The notes under the pieces are model-generated. The model did no database searches. It saw only the letters and a list, made by a program, of their open reading frames with translations, and had not been told where the DNA came from. Source: Octopus bimaculoides (taxonomy: Eukaryota). From it: a stretch of DNA of 38,025 bases. The stretch covers positions 177,640,596 to 177,678,620 of the forward strand of contig NC_068982.1 in NCBI RefSeq assembly GCF_001194135.2. Reading direction: 5' to 3'. Shown here piece by piece: positions 24,258 through 35,764 of this stretch. The translations under genes and the position numbers were made by a program. The number at the start of each line of letters is the position of its first letter. Position 1 is the stretch's first letter.

Positions 24258-24560
24258 GGTAAAGGTAAAGGTAAATGTAAAGACCCCTTTCAATCGCGAA
24301 TGACCATTGGATTGCAGCTAGAAAGTTCCCCTCCGAGGTAAAATTGTTTGTAGTAAGACCAGTAGTCACCCAATGCATATCAGGCTCCCTCTCCACGTCG
24401 CCAATGTTGTTGCAACTCATTTCTATAACTGATTGAAGTAGAGCAACGTGAAAATAAAGTGTATTGCTCAAGAACACAACACATAGCCTAGTCTGGGAAT
24501 CGAACTCACATCCTCACGACATTAAGCCCGTCGTTCTAACCACTGAGCCATACGCCTTCA
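24258..24560 (-). mobile_element. tRNA-derived SINE (another family)
   Basis: The minus strand starts gtgaaggcgtatggctcagtggttagaac (A-box-like) and contains gtgagttcgattccc (B-box-like). It ends in a (TTTACC)n tail. Confidence 0.75.
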
Positions 24561-26843
24561 CATCATCTAGACAATAACAATCTTATAACGTGCATTTTAA
24601 AGCTCCTCTGCTGTTATCGGCTACCATATGCTACCGCATAGCAGGAATACTCCTTTTACTGGAGATGCATATGGAAATTTCTTAGTGTCTACAGAATTCA
24701 TATTAAAAGAATTTATAAAACAAGATGGAATGAACAGGCTTTAATCACAAAACAACAATTGCTTCCGTGCATTAGTAACAACTGTTAGCTGCTGAGTTTT
24801 CCATATTATTATATAAATATATATGATCCAGACGTATCTGTGTACTTGCACGTCATGAGGAGAGTGGGTGTCTTTTTCTTGCTTATTCTTGTTGTCTTGC
24901 TTATCCAGGTTGATAAATGTGTTTACTCACAAAACTAAGTACACTAATTATTATTAGTATAAATGTGAATTTATAATCTGGGTATAGAAGATGGTGGTTT
25001 CGAAGTAGTTGTCCATGTCTGTCTGTCTGTCTGTATGTATGTATATACATAAATATACATACATACACATATATGTATGTATGTATATATATATATATAT
25101 ATATTGCACTGTTGTTTTTTTTCACATCCTAATATAGGAGCTTTGGGTGACCTCGAAGGCTTTCACAGTCATGTTCCCTGTATACCATCTTCGTAGGAGT
25201 CTTAATGTCCTCCACCCATATCGTGTAACCCACTCAGTGCAGAATAGACTCAATACTAAGCATCAGGATAGACTCAACAATAGATATCAAGATAGTTCCA
25301 ACACTAAATATATGTTCACTCTACACGACCTCCTGCTCGGAGATGTGGCCGCATCAAGACATTAATTTTCGATTGTAACTAACACAACTGAACAGCTAAT
25401 TAATTTTGGGTTCTTTGAGCAGAGTACGTCTAACAGGATCGTTCCTCTCCTCGGCCCACACAAGAGCGGGAGTGGACGGTGGATTGTTGAATATATGTAG
25501 ATCCACCAGGATATGCCATGTCATGTGCATTTCCAAACATCCTTTCGCTGCTGATCCAAGCTTCGTGGCTCCTAGAAGATATCCAAATAACAACACATCA
25601 TTTTGAATGCGTTGTATCAGCTTGTAATTCTTCTGTAAATGTGAAAAATGTTGAAGTCTTATACTAACCTGATTCCAGAACGCTGGGACACGAACCTCGG
25701 ACCATCACAACAACAAATCAGCTTTTAAGTTTATATATTTGTGTGGCATGATTTCTGAAGCCAACATCCTGAACGCGGAAATGCATCGCTGCGTAAACTG
25801 AAAGTTATCAATGAAGAAGGGCCGCTTTTCAATACGATTTAGAATTAATTTCTCCTCGCGGCATACTAACAACATTGTGCCTTTTTGTACACAATTATTT
25901 CTTCTTTAAGACATTTGTGCGATCGATTATACATCTTCTTAATTTAAGTTTATAGCTCTGTTAAGGTAAAATCCAATTCATGTACCACACTCCAACAAAT
26001 AACAATAAATATATTTTATTCTACTCTGTTGCATCATATTATATTATGCTATGATATTATATTATGATAATACATCATTTATATTGAGTAATATGATATC
26101 ATTTATGTTTTATTGCACTATGTTACATTCTGAGATGCAGAAAATTTAGCTCTTGACAAGGTTTATCATAACACTGGCATATAACAACAGGTGGTGCTGC
26201 CTTTGTGTGGTTTCTTGTCTTTTACTGAAAAGCATAAAAAGAATTAGCAAATAGCATTGATGCTTTTCTCAAAACCATTTATTGTATATTCGAAAGGGAA
26301 AAAAAATAGTCGCAAATGCATGTGGGATTTAAAACTGCAAGCACGTCTCGATTCCGATTTAGTTCTTAACATTAATCTCACCTTACGATGGTCGTACGTA
26401 TCGCCTTGTAAATACGTAGAGTGTTTCTATACGTTCAGATATGTATGTGCATGTATGTTTTTGTGTTTGTTGTTTGATTTACCTCTTAATCATTCCTTAA
26501 TAAGCATACTTATTATCAGAGAGGTCCCACATACAATTTATTTGAGAAAACGTCTCGTTTCCTCAAATAAATTGTATGTAGGACTTCATTAACAAATATG
26601 TCCCTCCCTTTATAAGTGAGTTAGGTGTGATTTAAAGGAGATTGGGCTGCTATTTCTAGAGATTTAGCTATCACAAAGACTCCTTCGTTGGTTCCTGGTG
26701 TTGAGTCATACTAATGGATAGAAAAATCTCTTTTTCTCAATACCCACCTCTTTTACTGCACTTTACTTATTTTATTCCCATAAACTCTACCCGAGAGCTA
26801 CCTGTAGGACACGAACTCATATGTCCCACATGTAGCATTAGAC

Positions 26844-26888
<45 letters not shown>

Positions 26889-27130
26889 TCACACACACAC
26901 ACATGTGCACACAAACGCAGGCAAACGTACAAACACACAAACACAAATACACAAACAAATACACGAAAGCAGGTAATATTAAATACTGTGCAACATGAAT
27001 TCTTGATTTATTAAAAGTCTCTCTGCTTCTAGAGTATGCGTCATAAGTACCAAATGGCAATCAAGGCCAGCTCTATATGAAAAGGGGGAATAATCTCACG
27101 AATGTAGAATTCTCCGAAGTCGACATACTT

Positions 27131-27173
27131 CTAAGGGACATGTTTCTGCTCTATAAGGCATCATCAGCACGAC
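27131..27173 (-). ncRNA. Type-I minimal hammerhead-ribozyme-like motif (best core in the window)
   Basis: Minus strand reads CUGAUGA-UGC-cuuauaga-GCA-GAAAC-AU-GUC. All core nucleotides are intact, stem II has 3 bp, and stem III is the palindrome ACAUGU. Stem I is weak. Confidence 0.65.
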
Positions 27174-27397
27174 ACTTGTTCTACCTTACCTGCAGTAATC
27201 AAGAGACTTAGACATTTACAAAAATAGTAGTGTATATTTATGGCCCAGGTAATTTGCATAATTTACACAGTATTTGTTTATCAGTGTATCAATCTTCTTC
27301 GGGCAAATTACTGTTGTCGGTGACAAAGAGAAAATGGCAAAGACAGATAAACAGATGAACAGACAGTTTTTCGAGCTGACAGAGTGTTATTCTAGAC

Positions 27398-27560
27398 CAG
27401 TACTCCGCAACTGGTATGCCGCGGCACATTTGTGTGCCGCAGTGTAACCTGAATATATTTTTTCCCTATATTTTTAGTTATATCTTTAGTTCAGGTGTGC
27501 CGCCGAATTTTGAAAGAAAATATCAGTGTGCCGCAAGTGGGAAAAGGTTGCGAAGCACTG
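27398..27560. mobile_element. hAT (Charlie/Buster-type) MITE, 163 bp
   Basis: TIRs CAGTACTCCGCAAC and CAGTGCTTCGCAAC match at 12/14. The 8-bp flanks TTCTAGAC and TTCTGGAA match at 6/8 and fit the NTCTAGAN target preference. It carries repeated internal GTGCCGC motifs. Confidence 0.8.
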
Positions 27561-27894
27561 TTCTGGAAAGAAACAAACTAACAAAGAATAAGGTTTCGTT
27601 AGAGTCTTAAAATTTCCCATTCATCCCGCATTGAATAAATAAAGTAGAAATTTATAGACAATGAGTTTTTAACGCAACAAGAGATGAGAACGCGAGAAAT
27701 AATAAAGGAAGAGTGTTGGGGTGTTTACCAATCGACCGACTTTCACTACTACACCACGGAAAAAATATATATATATATATATATAAGTTAAAAAAACATA
27801 TACTAAATGCTCAAACAAACGGAAAATAGACACAGAGGGTCATCAACTACTCTTTAGTTATACATGCATGTGTGTATGTATACCTGCAAGCATG

Positions 27895-27972
27895 TATGTA
27901 TGGATGGATGGATTAATGGGTGGATGGATGGATGGATGGACGGATGGATTGATGGATGGATGGATGGATGGA

Positions 27973-28033
<61 letters not shown>
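27895..28033. repeat. (GGAT)n followed by (CT)n
   Basis: Read directly from the sequence. Confidence 0.95.
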
Positions 28034-28040
<7 letters not shown>

Positions 28041-28554
28041 CGTATATATCTATATACACACATGTATGAAAGTCACATGAAACATTAGCCATGATGTATA
28101 TAGCTGATATTACCAGGAAGACTTAATACCTGCCCAGATGTGCAGCTATGAGCAGTATGTGCAGTAGACATAAATGTGCAAAATATGTATGCAACAAATA
28201 TGTGCAGGTGTATAAAAGAAGCCTACTAGTGATGAATAACTGAATCTAGCTGAGTCTTTTTGTTAGCTGGTATACATTTGTGTTGATATATCTTTAGTTT
28301 GCTTCTAATTTTTATTTATGCATTTTTTTCGCATTATTCAATTTCCCATTTTTTATATAAATGATCCGTATTTTTGTTTTTGTTTCTGTTTATATTCTGG
28401 ATTTTAGTATAGATTTTGTTTCATTTATTTTTGTTTTGCTTGTTTATGTATCTTTTTTTTTTTTTCTTTATTTGGTTCGTTTTATTCCGGTTTATTTTCA
28501 TTGAGAGTATTAAATTTTTCTCAGAATATTATTTTTGTCCGTACTTCTTTAGTT

Positions 28555-28768
28555 TTCTCTCTTCACTATTTCACTTGTTTCAGTCATTTGACTGTGGCCA
28601 TGCTGGAGCACCGCCTTTAGTCGAGCAAATCGACCCCAAGACTTATTCTTTGTAAGCCTAGAACTTAATCTATCGGTCTCTTTTGCTGAACCGCTAGGTT
28701 ACGGGGATGTAAACACACCAACATCGGTTGTCAAGCGATGTTGGGGGGACGTAAACACAGTCACACAA

Positions 28769-28790
<22 letters not shown>
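28555..28790 (-). mobile_element. SINE 3' half (same family as 33104-33520)
   Basis: Reverse complement aligns closely with about 33300-33500. Confidence 0.9.
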
Positions 28791-28801
<11 letters not shown>

Positions 28802-29315
28802 NNNNNNNNNNNNNNNNNNNNNNNNNNNNNNNNNNNNNNNNNNNNNNNNNNNNNNNNNNNNNNNNNNNNNNNNNNNNNNNNNNNNNNNNNNNNNNNNNNN
28901 NNNNNNNNNNNNNNNNNNNNNNNNNNNNNNNNNNNNNNNNNNNNNNNNNNNNNNNNNNNNNNNNNNNNNNNNNNNNNNNNNNNNNNNNNNNNNNNNNNNN
29001 NNNNNNNNNNNNNNNNNNNNNNNNNNNNNNNNNNNNNNNNNNNNNNNNNNNNNNNNNNNNNNNNNNNNNNNNNNNNNNNNNNNNNNNNNNNNNNNNNNNN
29101 NNNNNNNNNNNNNNNNNNNNNNNNNNNNNNNNNNNNNNNNNNNNNNNNNNNNNNNNNNNNNNNNNNNNNNNNNNNNNNNNNNNNNNNNNNNNNNNNNNNN
29201 NNNNNNNNNNNNNNNNNNNNNNNNNNNNNNNNNNNNNNNNNNNNNNNNNNNNNNNTATATATATATTCAGGTTTTTACTTTTTACCTTCCTGCAGTCATT
29301 GAAATACCCCCACAC

Positions 29316-29393
<78 letters not shown>

Positions 29394-30269
29394 TGGGTCA
29401 TCTCTAAAACCCATCAACTACTCCGTGTCCCAGAAATGCATTAAATTTCAAGCATTTTAATAAAAATTTTAAGGCCCAGATTTATAGAAAACATCGCAGC
29501 CCTCAGCAGACCACACATTGCCAACCCAGCATGAGTCTATTTCAGGTAAATAAAAGTCATTTTGTAAAGGAGGGAACTCGAAGAATTTACAATTTAGAGT
29601 GGGTCGTTCTGGCTTTTTACCGAAAAGATGTCTACCAAATTTGTAGTCTTCCTGCCCACCACTCCTCGACTATGATGGTTTCATAAACAGTGTACTTGTG
29701 GAGAGAGCTTCTGCATTTTGCTGCCCGATTTGCATTCAACACTGCAGGACATACATTTCGTCTAAATATCATTTCACCAGTTTCGTCACCACATATACAT
29801 ATCCACCAAATGTAAAATTACCCTCTCGGTGCTCTGCGTAATCGCTGGATCAGCGAGGCCACGCACAACACTGTGAAATTTGTTTCTATGCTGGAGTGGA
29901 TCTTTGACTTACAGGATAAATTTAAAGAGTAATTTTGACTAAAGGTGGTGTCATAATTCACAGAGCTTGAAGAGAAAAGCTAAAATTTTATATCAGCTTC
30001 TCCACTTGATCAACGCACTCTTCTTTCTTGAATATTTCTGTTCCGGATTGTGCTACACATCGTTCCGTCTTTGAACTTTTGTGCTCCAGCATAGCCACAG
30101 CTTACAGACCACGAGACACATAAATGAGTAACACCAAGCTTCCTATGAGAAGCTTCTAAACCCTTGATCAACCCATTTTTATTTTTAGAGGGTGCTATAT
30201 TTTCCTATTAAAAATATCAGGTCATTGTCACATGACCTTTCTCCTGATGTAACGTAGCCGATTCTTGGA

Positions 30270-30435
30270 AGAAAAAGGTCCAACCCCAGCGCTTTAATAC
30301 CAGGTTATTTATCAACACAAGAAGGTTGATGCCGAATTTAACCTCATTGTAATTCGATCTCAATGATCTTGAAGAAATACCAAAAGGAATTCTATCATAC
30401 GCTCTAACTTCATTGTCAATACGCCACCCGCTTCA
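30270..30435 (-). mobile_element. Old SINE remnant
   Basis: The minus strand has a decayed tRNA-like head and a gataaa...ctgggg segment resembling the SINE cores elsewhere in the window. Confidence 0.3.
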
Positions 30436-31284
30436 ACTAAAAAAACGATCTACAACAGTTATTTAACCTTTTCTTATAGTACTTGGCAGCTTACATTTGA
30501 AATGGCCACGCATTTTGAGGGGCTGAGCATAGTTAACTTAATCGACTTCAAACCCTACGGTTCACAGTTACTTATTTTAACCACTGACTCTTGGAAATAT
30601 GAAGAGCAAAGTCGATCTAGAAGTTTGAACTCAGATTGTGAGAGAAAGCAACTAAACAATGTCATTTATTTTGCCGCACTCCTGTTCCTGGCAACTCGCC
30701 GCCGCCATCTATACCTTTTCAAAATATTACATATTTTTCCTAAATTTAATCATTGTCCAACGACAATTAGTGACTATAGCAATTCAATTTCAAGTGTTTC
30801 GTTTCTTTCTTTTTTTTTTTTCATGGCAGAATATCGGGATTTTTTGTGTCTTATATTATTATACTTTTTATTTGTTTTACTATAGTAGCAATTGCGTTAG
30901 CATTTCATTAGGTTTTATCAATTAATCTTCACGACATTCGTTATTTGGTATTAAAGAGAGATAGAAAAAAAAGCAAAGAGTAGTAGTAGTAGTANNNNNN
31001 NNNNNNNNNNNNNNNNNNNNNNNNNNNNNNNNNNNNNNNNNNNNNNNNNNNNNNNNNNNNNNNNNNNNNNNNNNNNNNNNNNNNNNNNNNNNNNNNNNNN
31101 NNNNNNNNNNNNNNNNNNNNNNNNNNNNNNNNNNNNNNNNNNNNNNNNNNNNNNNNNNNNNNNNNNNNNNNNNNNNNNNNNNNNNNNNNNNNNNNNNNNN
31201 NNNNNNNNNNNNNNNNNNNNNNNNNNNNNNNNNNNNNNNNNNNNNNNNNNNNNNNNNNNNNNNNNNNNNNNNNNNNNNNNNNAT

Positions 31285-31546
31285 GAAGAAGAAGAAGAAG
31301 AAGAAGAAGAAGAAGAAGAAGAAAAAGAAGAAGAAGAAGAAGAAGACGACAACGAAGAAGAAGAAGAAGAAGAAGAAGAAGGAGGAGGAGGAGGAGGAGG
31401 AGGAGGAGGAGAAGGAGAAGGAGAAGGAGAAGAAGAAGAAGAAGAAGAAGAAGAAGAAGAAGAAGAAGAAGAAGAGGAGGAGGAGGAGAAGGAGGGGGAG
31501 GAGAAGAAGAAGAAGAAGAAGAAGAAGAAGAAGAAGACGAAGAAGA
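31285..31546. repeat. Compound (GAA)n/(GAG)n homopurine tract
   Basis: About 260 nt, almost entirely purine on the + strand. It explains the poly-K, poly-E, poly-L and poly-S ORFs. Confidence 0.95.
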
Positions 31547-32030
31547 TATGCTCAACGCTATAAGTCAACTGATATCGGCAGCTATTTCCTCAGTCGTTGC
31601 TGTCTCCAAAGACAAGAATGGAGATAACTACACGAGCTGCAATAAGAGCAAGGAGTGGAAGAGTTTCTCTCTAACTTTATATATTTTCCGTTTGTTTTCG
31701 TTTCGAACGCTATACTTTCGAGTGCGTGTACGGATTGGGTAGCAGAAGACGGGGTGGTATTTCGTGAGCCATCTTCCTCATCTAATCTGCAACCTCGCAA
31801 ATCGTTCTAACTTTAGTTATCTAATTATTATTCATTTTATATTGTCATACTATGCCATCGCATAGCGTACCATGCCGCTTCATATGTATGAACTCTAGTT
31901 TATTACGAAAAGGAGAGGAGGTTTTAAGAGTGAAAATTTAGACTCGGTGGTTTATATGACATTTTCAAATTCAATTATCGTATGTATATATATTTATATA
32001 TGAACATGGGTGTATGTGCATGTATATATG

Positions 32031-32280
32031 GATACGGAGGTCTTCAAGACAAAACTTGACACTTTCCTCTCCACGGTACCAGACGAACCAATGGCTCGTA
32101 ATGAGACGCAGTTTAGGGCAGCTATGTCAAATTCTCTTATACACCAGATGTGCCATCAAAACTCTTGATTGGACCATGTCAGGTGGGGGAGAAGAGCCAT
32201 GCGAGGAACGTGAAAATCACGGTGGTGCACCAGCATGACCGCAGCCACTTGGCTGAAACACATAAATAAATAAATAAATA
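32031..32280 (+). mobile_element. 3' end of a CR1-like LINE (ORF2 C-terminus, 3' UTR and (TAAA)n tail)
   Basis: VFKTKLDTFLSTVPDEP...RAAMSNSLIHQ followed by a stop, a short UTR with a CAGCC-ACTT-GGCTG hairpin, and (TAAA)n. Confidence 0.8.
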
Positions 32281-33103
32281 TATATATATATATACATGCA
32301 TACATACACACATACATAAGCAAAATAATTGAGATTCAGATGAATTAGGTACTTAAGTTGAGGCACCAAAAATTAGTGCGGTATTATCCGCACAATTTCA
32401 AAATAAGGTNNNNNNNNNNAAAAATTAGTGCGGTATTATCCGCACAATTTCAAAATAAGGTGAATAAAATCAAAATAAGCAACAGGATATCCAGAGGTGA
32501 TGCAGTACGACAGTTTCATGCGGCTCCATTTAATTGAACAATGCAATCATTACATCATAAATAAATAAATAGAATTAATTTAATCAGTCGGACACATTTG
32601 CATAATTTTACTTAAATCCTCTAAGAGGATAAGAAGACACACAAAGTCCATGCTGTTTTCACTTCAGCTTAGAAGCTACTAAGACATCAGGAAAAAAAGA
32701 AACTTGTTAGGGTTCTAGCTTGTCACTGATTTTTGGGTCGGTTTTGATTTATAGTCTTGTTTATCAAATCTTTGTATATCAAAATCTAAGACTATAGACC
32801 AGTGTCTGTTTGGAAAGGGCATGAAGGAGTTGACAGAATCATAGTCGGTATCGTCATAAACTTGTCAAGATTATTTTGAAGTAGTATAAAGTAACTGGCT
32901 ATAATGAGGTTTGGTAAGGGAAGATCTTAAATCAAGATGTTAATTACCAGTTAAATGGGCAAGACTCTAATAAAACCAATGATGATAATACAGGGGAAAT
33001 TTTTATCATGGGGTACTATAGTTGAATGATTTAAACAATATTGTTATATTGTATAAAGATAAAATTTAGGGTTATCAAGAAAAAATATTAAGAAAATATT
33101 ATA

Positions 33104-33262
33104 GACGGAGGAGTGACTGTGTGGTAAGTAGCTTGCTTACCAGCCACATGGTTCCGGGTTCAGTCCCACTGCGTGGCACCTTGGGTAAGTGTCTTCTATA
33201 GTCTTGGACCGACCAATGCCTTGTGAGTGGATTTGGCAGACGAAACTGAAAGAAACCCGTCG

Positions 33263-33293
<31 letters not shown>

Positions 33294-33520
33294 GTGTGTG
33301 TGTTTGTGTGTCTGTGTTTGTCCCCCCAACATCCCTTGACAACCGATGCTGGTGTGTTTACGTCCCCGTAACTTAGTGGTTCGGCAAAAGAGACCGATAG
33401 AATAAATACTAGGCTTACAAAGAATAAGTCCTGGGGTCGATTTGCTCGACTAAAGGCGGTACTCCAGCATGGCCACAGTCAAATGACTGAAACAAGTAAA
33501 AGAGTAAAAGAGAGAGAGTA
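33104..33520 (+). mobile_element. Full-length tRNA-derived SINE
   Basis: A-box-like tgtgtggtaag, B-box-like ggttcagtccc, an internal (TA/TG)n, a 3' hairpin cagtc-aaat-gactg and an (AAAAGAGT)-type tail. Four related copies occur in the window. Confidence 0.9.
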
Positions 33521-33544
33521 AATGGATAAATTTTTGAATAATTT

Positions 33545-34860
33545 TGAGTATATACCAAAAATTACATAGAATTAGTTTCCCAACCAGCTACATGTAATGT
33601 TTTAAGCCAATGGTTTCAATTACAACAACCCCTACAAACAACAAGTAAAAAAAGTGCTTTGCAGCTCAAACGCTACATGAAATGTTTTGTGATTCTAGGA
33701 ATTAACTCTTCTTTTTATTGTTGCATCCACTTCTAAAACAGGCTCAGGAAGTGAATAAACTGTTTGAAACAAACACTGTTGACAAAACAAAATTCCTTGA
33801 AGTCCTTTCGAATTTGATCAAATCTATTGCTAATATGACTGTAATGCTAACATGTACCAATGATCCCCTTGATCCTGATGCGAATATAGAAAATTTCTTA
33901 AGCTTAGACCAAATTTACACTACAGGTTTGAGTGAAAAATAACAGAAATCATAATCAATAAAGTTAAAGAAGTGATTTTAAATTCTCAATCGCAGAATAA
34001 TGCTAATGATATAGCCTGAACAGGATAAACTACCCCTATTTTGCAGAGAAAAGTGTAGGTGGCTAGCTGTGGACTCGAACTCACATCCCCGTGATTACAT
34101 GTCACGATGCTTTGACCGATTAAGCTAAACTACCCACTATAAATTCCTCTGCAAATTAAGATATATAAATCTCGCTTTATGAGACGCTCTCGTATGTTAA
34201 ATTCAAATTACGACAAACGTAAATAAACAAACGAAGTTTTTGCTTTTAGAAGTGTTGAGATGTCTTTAGAAAGTTAAAGAAGATTTTAATAGCTACCACA
34301 GAAAACAATATTCGTAAAAGAGCACAATTTTTACTCTGCCTTTATAAAAAACTCAAGCAACTTTTTGCCAAAAAGCTTTAATATACTGAGGAATATCAGA
34401 TGTTTTTTCATTAGAGAATACTTTGAGACATTTAAAAGAGTCTATTTTTCCTGTGTTAGAAGCAATGCATTTAAATAAAGAAAACAATTGCTTCAATTGG
34501 AATTCAATTTAATAGCATCCATTTAGTTGAATGAATAGATACATCAAATACTGAGGCATTCTGGTTAGAAGTTTTTGGATTATAAAGACGCCAATGGAAG
34601 AAATCCTTTCAGAGATGTTGAAAAATTTGCTATTAACCTATTGATACCACCAAACTCAAATGCCGAATTTGAACGGTTGTTCAATTGTATGAGCAGAATC
34701 GAATGAAAAACAAAATGCAGCTTACTATGCTTAAATCGATACCTTCTGTAAAGTATGGCCTAAAAAGCTATGGCAAATGCTGCAAAAACTTCGACATTCC
34801 AAAGCATATATTTAGCAAGCTTATTACCTTGGATGTATACAAAGTTCAAGATCGAGGGAC
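33545..34860 (+). pseudogene. Decayed hAT transposase (C-terminal half including the dimerisation domain)
   Basis: LHPLLKQAQEVNKLFETNTVDKTKFLEVL at 33718-33942. TEAFWLEV, DYKDANGRNPFRDVEKFAINLLIPPNSNAEFERLF and MKNKMQLTMLKSI..VKYGL at about 34550-34800. The LP.SNA..ER.F motif is typical of the hAT C-terminal domain. No TIRs identified. Confidence 0.75.
34061..34135 (-). tRNA. tRNA-Thr(TGT)-like pseudogene or SINE head
   Basis: Acceptor GGGTAGT/GCTAGCC (6/7 pairs), D-stem GCTT/AAGC, anticodon stem CGTGA/TCACG with loop CATGTAA, and T-loop TTCGAGT. It has A at position 33, extra nucleotides and a broken T-stem, so it is probably non-functional. Confidence 0.5.
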
Positions 34861-35764
34861 GACAGCTAGCAAGTCAACAAACCATTGAAATTGATGAAAT
34901 TATTTCTCAATGTTGAATGTAATGAAAGAATGTAAATAAAACTGTAAATAAAAATAATTTCTTTTATATAATATAGTTGGACTTTAGCATTTTTTCTTTT
35001 AGCATTTTTTTGGCATTTTGTATACTGAAATTTAGCATAAAATTGTGATTTTATGTTGGCAACACTAATACATGTATCTATGAACATATCTACTTCTATA
35101 TGTATAAGAACTTTACAAAGCATGAATGGGTTAATAAACGTAAGGATATGGATGTATGCATGTGTGTGAGTGTGTTCATTTATACATAGACAGACAGATA
35201 GACAGGCAGGCTGGTAGGCAGGCAGACGGACAGACGGACGGATGACAGACAAACAGATAGATAGATAGTTATTACGTGTATATATATTTGTGAATGTGTA
35301 AAAGTGGAACTTAGACAAAAATTAACTAAAGGTACGGGGATGTACTTGCATAGCAACTGACTTGATCTGGAATCGTGTACGGAAACAAAAACAATTGCCT
35401 CGTGGACGATGTTTGTAAGCCAGTTAAGAATAAACAAAAAGTTAAACGGTGATTAGTGTGTATAGCTACCGGCCCTACAATTAAATTCAATCAGTTCATA
35501 CTTATCTAATTTCATATTTACAAGGAAAATAATTTCGGAAAACACCAGTAAGTTGTCAAAGCGTACAACAGATTTTACAGCACTCTTTGTCAAATGTCAC
35601 ATTAAATATATTTTGTTTTGATGGGAAGGTATTTATCCGCGAAAGAGCGCTGTAATAAATAGATTTTGAATAAATCAGTTTCATATCTTCAGAAATTAAA
35701 TTGGGTAGACCATGGCTTCTTTTCGGTAGAATCAAATATATAGTGTCGAATAAATGGCTATGAA

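Noticed and set aside
31740-31790. Hammerhead-like order on the minus strand (AGATGA...GAAA...GTC)
   Set aside because: It has two core substitutions, and stems II and III are unconvincing.
32371-32460. Exact duplication of about 40 bp either side of a 10-N gap
   Set aside because: This is a typical contig-overlap scaffolding artefact and not a biological tandem repeat.
35670-35700. CTGAAGA-TAT-GAAAC on the minus strand
   Set aside because: It has no cleavage triplet or stem I and is expected by chance in AT-rich DNA.
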